From positions 1 to 64,000 of IMG/VR virus record IMGVR_UViG_3300030329_005658: 64,000 bases of DNA, one strand, 5' to 3'. Below the pieces are notes generated by a model. That model saw only the letters and a list, made by a program, of their open reading frames with translations, was not told the origin of the DNA and did not search any database. Positions 45,264 through 54,962 of this stretch are shown in pieces. The DNA comes from a virus. Positions within the stretch are counted from its first letter, which is position 1. Every line of letters starts with the position of its first letter. Both the position numbers and the translations under genes were made by a program.

Positions 45264-47120
45264 ATGGCTTATAAATTTCAATTGGGAGCGTTTACCGCTT
45301 CCGGTTCTATTAAAGCAGAGGACGGACTCGTTGCAACTGACGTTGACGATGCTACCGCTGCTAATGTTGTAGCACAAATCGATGCTGGTGAAATTCCAAT
45401 CGCTAAATTGGCTGCTACTACCATCTCTGGAAAAGCTCTTGGTGCCAACCTTGATGCTCTTTCTGTTGATGATTCATCTATTGAATTCAGCGCTGGTTCT
45501 GCTTTCAATGGTTCTGCTGCTTCTGCTATTCGTGTAAAAGCTGCTGGTATCACCGACGCAATGTTGGCTGGTTCTATTTCTAATGCAAAGCTTTCTAACT
45601 CTACCATCTCTGGAAAAGCTCTTGGTGCTAACCTTGACGCTCTTTCAGTTTCTGCTAACAAAGGTCTCTCTATGAGTTCTTACAATGGTTCTGCTGCTGT
45701 ATCTGATCTTCAGGTTGTTCTTGATGGTAATGGTGGTCTTGAATTCAATGGTGGTTCGGGAATTCGTCTTGAAGCTGCTGTTGCTGGTAATGGTTTAACA
45801 CACAATGCTGGTGTTCTTGCTGTTGTTGGGGCTGCTGCTGGTGGTATCGACGTTCAAGCAAATGACATCAAGCTTGACTTTGGCGCTTTGACTGCTGCTG
45901 ATGTAGCTGTTGCTAATGACTCTTTTGCGTTCTGGGATAATGACGCAACCGCAGTTAGAAAAGAATCTATGGCTGATTATGCTGCTGCTATCGCTGGTAA
46001 TGGTCTTGCTGCTTCTGCTGGTGTTCTTGCTGTTGGAGTTGACGCTTCTTCAATCGAGATTAACTCTGATGCTCTTAGAGTAAAAGCTGCTGGTATCACC
46101 AATGCTATGCTTTCTGGCTCTATTGCTGATAGCAAAATGTTGAAAATTTCAAGCGCGAACAAGGTTGACCTTTCTGCTCTTGATTTGGATGGCGGAACTG
46201 ATATCGGTGCTGCTCTTGTTGATGCTGACTTGTTCATCGTTGATGATGGCGCAGGCGGAACAAACAGAAAATCTGCTATGTCTCGTGTTGCTACTTACGC
46301 AAAAAGCAAATTCAGTGCTGCTTCTACTGGTGGCAAAGCTGAAGGCTCTCTTGCTTATAACGATGGTGTTTACACCTTTACTCAGATGAGTGTTGCTGAA
46401 TTGCGTGCTCATCTTTCTGTTTCTGATAGCAACTCTATTGACATGAGCTACTCCGGTGGTGCTTTCTCTGGTGATCTTCGTTTAGGATCTGCTGATGCTC
46501 TCGAAGTTGATGGTGACGGTCTTGATCTTAAAAGCACTATTGCTGGTAACAGAACCTTTTCTGGTAACCTTATCGTTAGTGGTGACTTGACTGTTAACGG
46601 AACCAACACCATTCTTAACACTACTACTCTTGAAGTAGAAGATCTTAATATCAAAGTTGCTAAGAATGCTGCTAACTCTTCTGCTGCTGATGGCGCTGGT
46701 ATCACCATTGAAATGGGATCTGATGATCTTACATTCGCTTGGGCTCACGCTACAAGCAGAATGGAGCTTAAATTGGGTGCCGCTTACACTAACATGAAAG
46801 CTAATAAATTCATTGGTGATCTTGAAGGTGCTGTTGCGCAAACTATTACTGCTATTGGTGATGCTGATGGCTCCTTAGCTGTTGGTTTCAATTACGGCTC
46901 TGCTGATACTACTGCTCTTCGTACCTGGACCCTTCCAGCTTCTCCGGAAATTGGTCAGGTTGTTCATGTTAAAGCTCCTGCTGCTGTACACGCGGATGGC
47001 ATCAAGATTCTAAAAGCTGGATCTCAGACCATTGATGGTGCTACTTTTATCGTTCTTGAATCTCCATTTGCTGCTGTTAACCTCATGTACGTTGCTAACA
47101 ACACTTGGAGAGTATACTAA
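45264..47120 (+). CDS. Probably abundant fibre/head-decoration protein
   Basis: GGAGG RBS, MAYKFQLG start. Ala/Gly-rich repeats, GDLTVNGT..LEVED.NI fibre motif and the family C-terminal domain. Strong GCT/TCT/GGT codon bias like the capsid gene. Confidence 0.7.
   Translation: MAYKFQLGAFTASGSIKAEDGLVATDVDDATAANVVAQIDAGEIPIAKLAATTISGKALGANLDALSVDDSSIEFSAGSAFNGSAASAIRVKAAGITDAMLAGSISNAKLSNSTISGKALGANLDALSVSANKGLSMSSYNGSAAVSDLQVVLDGNGGLEFNGGSGIRLEAAVAGNGLTHNAGVLAVVGAAAGGIDVQANDIKLDFGALTAADVAVANDSFAFWDNDATAVRKESMADYAAAIAGNGLAASAGVLAVGVDASSIEINSDALRVKAAGITNAMLSGSIADSKMLKISSANKVDLSALDLDGGTDIGAALVDADLFIVDDGAGGTNRKSAMSRVATYAKSKFSAASTGGKAEGSLAYNDGVYTFTQMSVAELRAHLSVSDSNSIDMSYSGGAFSGDLRLGSADALEVDGDGLDLKSTIAGNRTFSGNLIVSGDLTVNGTNTILNTTTLEVEDLNIKVAKNAANSSAADGAGITIEMGSDDLTFAWAHATSRMELKLGAAYTNMKANKFIGDLEGAVAQTITAIGDADGSLAVGFNYGSADTTALRTWTLPASPEIGQVVHVKAPAAVHADGIKILKAGSQTIDGATFIVLESPFAAVNLMYVANNTWRVY
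45418..45650 (+). repeat. Intragenic direct repeat (TISGKALGANLDALSV x2, offset 183 nt)
   Basis: CTACCATCTCTGGAAAAGCTCTTGGTGC at 45418 and 45601. Confidence 0.85.
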
Positions 47121-47162
47121 GATCGACCTTCGGGACGATTTGAGTTTTGCTCAATGATATTT

Positions 47163-47198
47163 GGTGGGGGCCCTTCATTGGGTTCCCGCCTTTTTTTT
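47163..47198 (+). terminator. Intrinsic terminator
   Basis: GGTGGGGGCCC-TTCATT-GGGTTCCCGCC followed by T8. Confidence 0.85.
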
Positions 47199-47235
47199 AA
47201 AAACGCTTTTTTAATTTTATAGGAGGACAAATTAA

Positions 47236-48702
47236 ATGGCTTATAAATTTCAACTAGGAGATGCTCGCTTGAGCGGCTCTTTAATTCAGGAGGGGTCGAT
47301 CCAGACATCTGGTGACATCACTCCATTAAATGCTGATGGCGCACGGCTTGGTAGCGCATCAAAAGAATGGGCAGATTTATATCTCGCTGATGAGGGAATA
47401 ATCTATTGGGGTGCTGATAACGAGGTCATGTTACAACATGAGCACAACGATGGAGTGACGCTAATTTCATCTGTTGCTTCAAAGCCGGTTCTTAGAGTTA
47501 AGAACACAAACGATGATGCTAATGGTGCTAAGATTAGAATTGTCAAAGACACTAGTAATTCCGCTTCAAACAATGATGTTCTAGGAATTATTGACTTTAC
47601 CGGTGAAGATGCTGGTCATGCTGGACACATTTATGCGTCAATGACAGCTAAATCAAGAGTTGTGACTGCCGGGAGCGAAGAGGGTGCTATTGTTTTTGCG
47701 GTTACTGACGGCGGAAATGACGAAACAAATCTCTTAGATATTAACAACACTCTTGATGGTGGTGTTTCTATTGCCAATGATCTACAGGTTGGGGATGATA
47801 TTTTTATGAAGTCCGACAGTGCCGCTATCCGCTTCGGAGCAGATTCTGAAGTCGTATTGGAGCATGAGCATGACGATGGCTTGACATTAATTTCATCTGT
47901 TGCTTCAAAGCCGGTTCTTAGAGTTAAGAACACAAATAATGATGCTAATGGTGCTAAGATTAGAATTGTTAAAGACACTAGCAATTCTGCTGCCAATGGC
48001 GACACTTTGGGGATTATTGACTTCACTGGTGAAGATGCCGGCCACGCTGGGCACATTTATGCATCAATGATAGTTAAATCAAGAATTGTGACTGCCGGGA
48101 GTGAAGAGGGTGCTTTTGTTTTCGCGGTGACTGATGGTGGAAGTGACGAAACAAATCTCTTAGATATTAATAACACTCTTGATGGTGGTGTTAATGTCAC
48201 TAATGGGCTGAATGTAAACGGCCACAATGGATCGAACGAGGGTTTGCGATTGGGCGGAACCTTGATAACATCAACTGCTGCTGAATTAAATCTTATAGAC
48301 GGCGGAACCGCTGTTGGGTCTTCAATTGCGCTAGCAGATGGCGATGGGATTATCGTTGATGATGGCGGAACAATGAAAAAGATCCCAGCTTCTGATTTCA
48401 AAACGTATCTTGCTGATAACAGCATGAACGTTGCTATTAAAGATAACGGCCAGACTCTCGCAAATGGTATTAATTATTTTGCTGATTTAGGCGGAGCAGA
48501 ATCAGTAAACCTACCAGCATCACCTGATGTAGGGGATTCCGTTTACGTTAAAGCGCCAAGCAATTGTAATTCCACGAGAACCTTGACTATTAGCAAGCAA
48601 GGCTCTCATACCATTGATGGACTTACTTCAATTGTTCTTGAATCACCTCATGCTGCTGTCATGATAGTTTACGTTACAGCAAACACTTGGAAAGTATTCT
48701 AA
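47236..48702 (+). CDS. Fibre/decoration protein with an internal 142-aa duplication
   Basis: AGGAGG RBS; MAYKFQLG start shared with 45264; family C-terminal domain. Confidence 0.7.
   Translation: MAYKFQLGDARLSGSLIQEGSIQTSGDITPLNADGARLGSASKEWADLYLADEGIIYWGADNEVMLQHEHNDGVTLISSVASKPVLRVKNTNDDANGAKIRIVKDTSNSASNNDVLGIIDFTGEDAGHAGHIYASMTAKSRVVTAGSEEGAIVFAVTDGGNDETNLLDINNTLDGGVSIANDLQVGDDIFMKSDSAAIRFGADSEVVLEHEHDDGLTLISSVASKPVLRVKNTNNDANGAKIRIVKDTSNSAANGDTLGIIDFTGEDAGHAGHIYASMIVKSRIVTAGSEEGAFVFAVTDGGSDETNLLDINNTLDGGVNVTNGLNVNGHNGSNEGLRLGGTLITSTAAELNLIDGGTAVGSSIALADGDGIIVDDGGTMKKIPASDFKTYLADNSMNVAIKDNGQTLANGINYFADLGGAESVNLPASPDVGDSVYVKAPSNCNSTRTLTISKQGSHTIDGLTSIVLESPHAAVMIVYVTANTWKVF
47401..48192 (+). 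repeat. Tandem intragenic duplication, period 426 nt
   Basis: About 47401-47766 matches about 47827-48192. TAATTTCATCTGTTGCTTCAAAGCCGGTTCTTAGAGTTAAGAACACAAA is identical at 47462 and 47888. Confidence 0.92.
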
Positions 48703-48724
48703 TCCTTATTGGGTTATTTACTTG

Positions 48725-48754
48725 GGCTGGTGCTTCCGGGCACCAGCCTTTTTT
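48725..48754 (+). terminator. Intrinsic terminator
   Basis: GGCTGGTGC-TTCCGG-GCACCAGCC followed by T6. Confidence 0.9.
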
Positions 48755-48764
48755 ATTTTAAAAT

Positions 48765-48771
48765 CTATTTA
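48765..48771 (+). promoter_or_regulatory. Putative late promoter motif CTATTTA
   Basis: Directly after the terminator, 23 nt before the ATG at 48795. Confidence 0.6.
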
Positions 48772-48794
48772 TGTACAAAAACAGAGGTTTATAA

Positions 48795-51719
48795 ATGTCA
48801 TATAATATTCTTAACAAAAACGTTAATTTCCAAGGACCAACACAGGGGCAAATTGAAGATATCGTTGATACTCACACTAATCAAGTCGTTTCTGGTAGCA
48901 AAGACTTTAATGCTTTAACAGGGTCCAATACGTATGTTAGAAATACGTTAAGTGTTTCAACTCATGCTGTTGATCATGCTATATCTGTCGCTGGTGCTGT
49001 TAGCGCATCATTAAACATTTCAGCCTCTGCTTTTTATGCTAACGGTGAAGAGGTTACAGGTGGTTCAGTTAGTGCTGTTGCTAACGGAGCAAACAATAGA
49101 ATAGCAACTTTTTCTTCTGCGGATGCTTTGAACGGGGAAGCTAATCTTGAATTCAATGGCTCTGTTCTTGATTTTAAAGCAACATCCATCTCTGGGTCTG
49201 GTAACATTTCCGGATCTCAGTTTTATGGTACCTGGGCCGGAGCAAATATAAACGGCTCCCAAGTCCAATTAGCTTCCGGTGGCGGTATAACAGATTCAAG
49301 TGGTCTAAAATTGAATTCTGGGGTTTCGGCAGTCGGGTCACTAAACACAGCAGATAAGATTTTAATTTTTGATGCTGATGACGGTGATGCTGTGAAGAGA
49401 ACAACCGCAGGCACTATTGCCAACTTATTCTCAGCAGCAGTCACTTCATATAGTGGAGATACAGACAATAGGATTATAACATCTGGCGGTTCCAAGGCGC
49501 TAGTTGGAGAGGCCAATCTTACGTTTGACGGAACAGATCTACTATTAACTGGTAATGTGTCAGGGTCTGGTAATTTGCAATTAGGGGGCACAGTTAGGGC
49601 TGATGGAATTGCCGCAGCGGCTCCAGCTTACGCAAACGATCATATTATTATTGTGGACGCAGGGGATAGTTTACTTAAGAAATCAACATTTTCAAATTTT
49701 TCAACTCAAATCGCTGGTAATGGACTTATTAACGATGGTGGCAAATTGGAAGTGCAGGTTTCTGGTGCTGTAAAAATTACTTCAGATAAGATTGGCATTA
49801 CGGGTTCCGTTGCTGGAGATGGTCTGTCTTTCGGCGGAGGAGCCGACAGCATTAACGAGCTTAGTGTCGAATTACAGTCTAATTCGGGACTCACGGTCGC
49901 AGCTACAGGCCTAAAGACAAATATGAATGGCCTTGCCTCAGCAACCCCGGCACCAGCATCAGATAGTTTGGCTTTTATTGATTCTGACGGGGATAAAAAG
50001 TGCTCATTTGATACTTTCTTGACGGCTATCGCTGGAGCTAATATTGGAGTATCGGGTAGTCAATTGACAGCATCTGCTGGTGGTGGTAGTGGGGCGGTAT
50101 CTTCTGTTGCCAATGGGGCAGACAATAGAATAGCAACTTTCTCCTCTTCAGACGCTCTAAACGGAGAAGAAACTTTAACATTCGATCTTTATCGATTGAG
50201 TATTGTTCAAGATCAAAATAATATTAGTGGCTCTTTCCTGCGCCTTAATAATACACATGCTGGTAATGACGGAACGGATGCGGACATTTGCGGCACCATT
50301 GAGTTTTATGGCCAAGATGATGGAACACCAACCGCTACTGAATATGCTCGAATCAGGGGAGAGATTGAAGATGCCTCTAGTGGAGCAGAGGGGGGAAGGC
50401 TGACTCTTTCTGTTGCTAGCCACAACGGCTCTTTGGCTGATGGTTTGGTCTTGGTAGATGGTGATGCCGTTGGGGAGGTTGATGTAACTGTTGGGGCTGG
50501 GGCTAATTCCGTAACCACTGTTGCAGGTCAATTAAATGTTCCTCTATACATTACTCATGAAGGAGACGAGGACACTAGATTAAAATTTCAAGATGATCAA
50601 CTTTATATTGAAGTTGGCGGTGTGGCCTTTATGAAAATGCTTGAAGACGGATCACAAGATATGACTGTTTTCAATGAGGCTGGAAACGATATTGATTTCC
50701 GAATCGAAGCACCAGGAAAAGACCACATGTTCTACATTGATGCTGGGAATGACCGTGTATATATCAATAGGCAAGGCGCTAGCCCCTTAACTTCAACTGA
50801 TGTCAATATTGTTGGTGACCTTTCGTTTGCGAAAAATTCTAATGACAATATTGGTTGTGAAATTATTTTTGAGAAATCACGTCATGGAACTGCCGGTGGT
50901 CATACTGCGGTGCAGCATGGAGACGTCTTGGGCGCTATAAAGGCTAAAGGCTCTGACGGAACCAATAGTGAATTTGCTTGCGCAATTGAGATGATAGCTG
51001 GCTCCGGATCAGCCGGAAGCAATGATATGCCTGGGTCGATTGTTTTTAGCACAACTGCCGATGGAGCTAACACCACCACAGAGGCTATGAAAATTACCCA
51101 AGGACAGGGGATTTTGGTGCCTAATGGCAGTCTAGCAATCTTTGGGACAAATAGTGGTCTAGAAGTTTCAGACAGCGGCACAAACAATTATTCTGGCCTA
51201 CAAGTAAGTTATGGCCACAGAGGTGTGACCGGAAGAGGTGGTATAATAATTCGAGGTCAAAATAGTAGTACTGTTGGTACATTTGGAATTACTATTGAAG
51301 AATCAGACGCTGGAGGGACTGCTGATGTGATGATTATTGCTACAAATGAAAATGTTACTTTTACTGGAACAGTCTCTGATGGTTCTGATGCTAGAATTAA
51401 AACAAACATTAGAAGCATGCCTGATAATATATTAGCAAAAGTCATGCAATTACGACCAGTGAATTACAATCGTATTAATCAGCCCAACGACGATGAACAA
51501 TCGTCGGCAGAATATACTGGATTTGTTGCGCAAGAGGTTGAGGAAGTTTTTCCTGATATGGTTCACACCACGGAATTGGCTGCTGGGGTCTCTGATGTCA
51601 TTCCTGACTTTAAATCACTGGCTCAAAAAGAATTGATCGCCGTACTTACAAAAGCAATCCAAGAACAACAAGAAATTATAGATGATCTTAAGGAAAGGGT
51701 TGCTGTATTGGAAGGATAA
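48795..51719 (+). CDS. Tail fibre/spike with C-terminal peptidase S74 intramolecular chaperone
   Basis: SDARIKTNI...LRPV.Y...GFVAQEVEEVFP..V...LTKAIQEQQ..I..LK; three NRIAT...GEANL.F repeats. Confidence 0.85.
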   Translation: MSYNILNKNVNFQGPTQGQIEDIVDTHTNQVVSGSKDFNALTGSNTYVRNTLSVSTHAVDHAISVAGAVSASLNISASAFYANGEEVTGGSVSAVANGANNRIATFSSADALNGEANLEFNGSVLDFKATSISGSGNISGSQFYGTWAGANINGSQVQLASGGGITDSSGLKLNSGVSAVGSLNTADKILIFDADDGDAVKRTTAGTIANLFSAAVTSYSGDTDNRIITSGGSKALVGEANLTFDGTDLLLTGNVSGSGNLQLGGTVRADGIAAAAPAYANDHIIIVDAGDSLLKKSTFSNFSTQIAGNGLINDGGKLEVQVSGAVKITSDKIGITGSVAGDGLSFGGGADSINELSVELQSNSGLTVAATGLKTNMNGLASATPAPASDSLAFIDSDGDKKCSFDTFLTAIAGANIGVSGSQLTASAGGGSGAVSSVANGADNRIATFSSSDALNGEETLTFDLYRLSIVQDQNNISGSFLRLNNTHAGNDGTDADICGTIEFYGQDDGTPTATEYARIRGEIEDASSGAEGGRLTLSVASHNGSLADGLVLVDGDAVGEVDVTVGAGANSVTTVAGQLNVPLYITHEGDEDTRLKFQDDQLYIEVGGVAFMKMLEDGSQDMTVFNEAGNDIDFRIEAPGKDHMFYIDAGNDRVYINRQGASPLTSTDVNIVGDLSFAKNSNDNIGCEIIFEKSRHGTAGGHTAVQHGDVLGAIKAKGSDGTNSEFACAIEMIAGSGSAGSNDMPGSIVFSTTADGANTTTEAMKITQGQGILVPNGSLAIFGTNSGLEVSDSGTNNYSGLQVSYGHRGVTGRGGIIIRGQNSSTVGTFGITIEESDAGGTADVMIIATNENVTFTGTVSDGSDARIKTNIRSMPDNILAKVMQLRPVNYNRINQPNDDEQSSAEYTGFVAQEVEEVFPDMVHTTELAAGVSDVIPDFKSLAQKELIAVLTKAIQEQQEIIDDLKERVAVLEG

Positions 51720-51749
51720 TCGATCATACTTCCTTTTCCTGTTGTTGAC

Positions 51750-51757
51750 ACTATTTA
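51750..51757 (+). promoter_or_regulatory. Putative late promoter motif ACTATTTA
   Basis: Intergenic, 34 nt before the scaffold ATG. Confidence 0.65.
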
Positions 51758-51791
51758 TCTTTGATAATATTATTACCAGGAGAAAGCTTTA

Positions 51792-52997
51792 ATGTCCTCA
51801 ATGTTAGAACAAGCGATTGTTGATGCCGCTGCGCTAAGAGAAGCGGCTCTTAAAAATGCTGAACAGGCAATTATTGATAAATACGCACCCCAAATCAAAG
51901 CCGCTGTCGATACTCTGCTTGAAAGTGAGACAAGAACCCTTAACAGGGGCGATCTAGTCAAATATGAGGGCCGATATGCCCGAGTTACTACTGAGTCCGA
52001 TAATGGAAAGGTGGGGATTACTATGATTGGAGAAGAAAAAACAAATTTAGTTTTGGAATCTGATCTTGAAGAGGCTACAGAGGGAGATTTGCTGTCGGAA
52101 CAAGAAGAAGTAGACCCATTGGGCGGTTCAGTGCCAGGGTCCGCACCAGAAGCAGTTTTTGATCCTGGTTTTGCGGCTGCTGATTTAAGCCCAGATGAAG
52201 CCGTTGATCTTGAGATGGAGTTGGAGTTTGATCCAGAAGACTTTAAGCTGGACCTTGAGCAGTTGAAGCATATTGCTGCTGTTGATCAGCCTGATCCAGA
52301 AGAAATAGAAGGAACAGAAGATCTCTTAGGAGACCTTGACTTGCCGGGAGGTGATGATTTAGAAGCCGAGGTACCAGAGACAGATGAAGAGGATTTAGCT
52401 CTTCAGGAAATTATGAATATTATAAGTGAGATTGAAGAAGAAGAAGTTTTAGAAGAAGAACTGGTTGTAGATATGGCCGGTGAACACAAAAATGGCACTT
52501 TTGAGACCAGCAAAGAGACGCTGGGCTATCAACAGGAAATGGAATTGGCTAAAATGGAATCAAGCGAACATAAAGAAGAAAAAGAGGCTCTTGAAAAAAG
52601 AATTCAAGAGCTTGATGAAGCTCTATCCCTATCTCAAACCCAAACAAAAGATTTTGAAAGCATTATTGAAAAATTGGAAGATGTTTTGAACGAAACTCTT
52701 CTATCAAATGCTAAATTGCTTTATAGCAACAATACACTAAGCGATGCCTCCTTGAATGAGCGACAAAAACGAAAAATTGTTGAAGCCATCGCAAAGGCAA
52801 ACACACCAGAAGAGGCGAAAGCTCTACAAGAGACTCTTAGGGCTACAGTGGGCTCTACTAAAAAGTATAAGCCACAATCACTTAGCGAGTCAATCCAGAG
52901 AAAATCAACCTTATCAGGTATTTTGCCAAGAAAAAATAAACCAAGCCAAGAGCTTACATTCGCAGATCGAATGAAGAAGTTGGCTGGTATTGATTAA
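51792..52997 (+). CDS. Prohead core/scaffold protein (gp22-like)
   Basis: Very acidic coiled coil directly before the capsid gene; L.NAKLLY.N and RMKKLAGI end motifs. Confidence 0.8.
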   Translation: MSSMLEQAIVDAAALREAALKNAEQAIIDKYAPQIKAAVDTLLESETRTLNRGDLVKYEGRYARVTTESDNGKVGITMIGEEKTNLVLESDLEEATEGDLLSEQEEVDPLGGSVPGSAPEAVFDPGFAAADLSPDEAVDLEMELEFDPEDFKLDLEQLKHIAAVDQPDPEEIEGTEDLLGDLDLPGGDDLEAEVPETDEEDLALQEIMNIISEIEEEEVLEEELVVDMAGEHKNGTFETSKETLGYQQEMELAKMESSEHKEEKEALEKRIQELDEALSLSQTQTKDFESIIEKLEDVLNETLLSNAKLLYSNNTLSDASLNERQKRKIVEAIAKANTPEEAKALQETLRATVGSTKKYKPQSLSESIQRKSTLSGILPRKNKPSQELTFADRMKKLAGID

Positions 52998-53020
52998 GAC
53001 ATACTGTAGGAGGTATTAAA

Positions 53021-54835
53021 ATGTCTATTGTACAAAAACTTACTGAAGGCATCGTAAACCGTGATATGAAAGCAGAGGGCGCAGCCCTTTTGGATAAATG
53101 GTCACAAACAGGTTTACTTGAAGGCCTTGACGGCGAGCGCAACAAGCACAACATGGCTCGCCTGCTTGAAAACCAAGCAAAAGAGCTTCTTCGAGAAGCT
53201 TCTTCCATGAGTGCTGGTGATGTTGAAGGATTCGCTGCTGTTGCATTCCCAATTGTTCGTCGTGTATTCGCCGGACTTATCGCTAACGAATTGGTTAGTG
53301 TTCAACCAATGAGTCTTCCTTCAGGGCTCATTTTCTTCCTTGATTTCACTTTTGGTGATTCCGAAGGTGGTTCCGCTGTTTCTGGGGCTCGCCTTGGTAA
53401 CACACAAGGGGGTACTGCTTCGATTTACGGCACTGATGCTCTTGGTGCTGGAGTGATCGACGGTGTTAACATCGTTGGTTCTAGCAAAGAAGACCAATCT
53501 GGTCCCCGTGGAATGACCGGTTATGCTTATTCTTCACCAAGTGGTTCTAACAACGCAGCACTTACAGATGGTGCTGGTGGCATGGATATGAAAGCAGCAT
53601 TTACTCTTGATGGCGCAGTTAGCGAAGCTAACAAAAAACTTATCCAGTATGACCCAGACCTTCTTTCTATTACTGATTCTTCCCAAGGTATTATTGTAAT
53701 TGATATCGAAGAAGAAGAAATCAGTGCTAAAGTTTCTGAAGGCGACCCAGATTTTGATAATCTTTCTGCGTTTATCTTGGATGCTGCTGCTGCTCAGGCT
53801 TATTCTGATGCTGCTGGGGCCGCTGTGACACAGATCCGTCGTTTGACTGCTTTAGTTTCTGCTGCTGACGCTGCGACCGACAAAAAGGCTGTTCGCCTTG
53901 TATTTACTGGTGGAATTATCTCTGCTGGTACCTTGACTAGTACAACCGCTGTTGCTGCGGAAAAGTTGGTTTTTCCAGTTAAGGATCAATATGATAATGC
54001 TGGTGCTGCTAAGCAAGGAGCAATTGTCGGTGACTTGTTCGAACTTGAAGCAAACTCAAACATCCCAGAGATTGACATCAAGGTTGATTCAACCGCGATC
54101 ACCGCTCAAACCAAGAAGCTTAAAGCTAAGTGGACCCCTGAGCTTGGTCAAGACTTGAATGCTTACCATAATCTTGATGCTGAAGTTGAATTGACTTCTA
54201 TTCTCTCTGAGCAAATTGCTCTTGAGATCGACCGCGAGATCCTCGCTGACCTTGTAAATGGCGCTACTGCTGCGACCTATTACTGGTCTCGTTCACCCGG
54301 TCTTTTCGTTAATCGTCAAACTGGTGCGGAACTGGGCGCTACTGCTGCTGCTCCTGACTTCACCGGAACTGTTAGCGAATGGTATGAGACTCTCATTGAG
54401 ACCATCAATGACGTTTCTGCCCAAATCCACAGAAAGACTCTTCGTGGTGGTGCTAACTTCGTAGTTTGTTCTCCAGAAGTTGCTAACATCCTTGAGTTTA
54501 CCTCTGGATTCCGTGCTAATGTTACCGCTGATGCAGACAAAGGCGAGATCGGCGCTGTTAAAGTTGGTGCCTTGAGCCGTAAGTTCGACGTTATGGTCGA
54601 TCCTTACTTCCCAAGAAACGTTGTCCTTGTCGGTCGTCGTGGTAACTCTTTCCTTGAAAGCGGTTATGTATACGCACCTTACGTGCCTCTACAAACCACA
54701 CCAACGATCTTCGGTGTAGAAGACTTCGTTCCTCGTAAAGGGGTAATGACTCGCTACGCTAAGAAGATGGTTCGTCCTGATATGTACGGTCTTGTTATCG
54801 TTCGAGGGCTTCTTGGAGAGAGCGGCGCAAGCTAA
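53021..54835 (+). CDS. Major capsid protein (T4 gp23-like)
   Basis: KWSQTGLLEGL, LLENQ, VQPMSLPSGLIF, KLKAKWTPELGQDLNAYH.LDAE.ELT.ILSE.I.LEIDREI, YAPYVPL, PRKGVMTRYA. Confidence 0.97.
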   Translation: MSIVQKLTEGIVNRDMKAEGAALLDKWSQTGLLEGLDGERNKHNMARLLENQAKELLREASSMSAGDVEGFAAVAFPIVRRVFAGLIANELVSVQPMSLPSGLIFFLDFTFGDSEGGSAVSGARLGNTQGGTASIYGTDALGAGVIDGVNIVGSSKEDQSGPRGMTGYAYSSPSGSNNAALTDGAGGMDMKAAFTLDGAVSEANKKLIQYDPDLLSITDSSQGIIVIDIEEEEISAKVSEGDPDFDNLSAFILDAAAAQAYSDAAGAAVTQIRRLTALVSAADAATDKKAVRLVFTGGIISAGTLTSTTAVAAEKLVFPVKDQYDNAGAAKQGAIVGDLFELEANSNIPEIDIKVDSTAITAQTKKLKAKWTPELGQDLNAYHNLDAEVELTSILSEQIALEIDREILADLVNGATAATYYWSRSPGLFVNRQTGAELGATAAAPDFTGTVSEWYETLIETINDVSAQIHRKTLRGGANFVVCSPEVANILEFTSGFRANVTADADKGEIGAVKVGALSRKFDVMVDPYFPRNVVLVGRRGNSFLESGYVYAPYVPLQTTPTIFGVEDFVPRKGVMTRYAKKMVRPDMYGLVIVRGLLGESGAS

Positions 54836-54859
54836 TCTAAGCCAATAGGTTAAAAAGAT

Positions 54860-54887
54860 ACCCCCTTCCATTTCGGTTGGGGGTTTT
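54860..54887 (+). terminator. Probable intrinsic terminator after the capsid gene
   Basis: ACCCCC...TTCG...GGGGGT followed by TTT. Confidence 0.7.
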
Positions 54888-54899
54888 CTATTTGGGGGC

Positions 54900-54929
54900 A
54901 CTATTTACTAATGATTGCGAGTTACGCAA
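54900..54929 (+). promoter_or_regulatory. Late motif ACTATTTA followed by a 5'-UTR hairpin
   Basis: ACTATTTA at 54900-54907; TTGCG-AGTTA-CGCAA at 54915-54929. Confidence 0.6.
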
Positions 54930-54962
54930 ATAAGATTTATTGATTATAAGGAGATTAATTAA

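Noticed and set aside
48709-48918. 69-aa ORF before the S74 fibre gene
   Set aside because: It runs through a strong terminator and the late motif, with a TTG start and no RBS.
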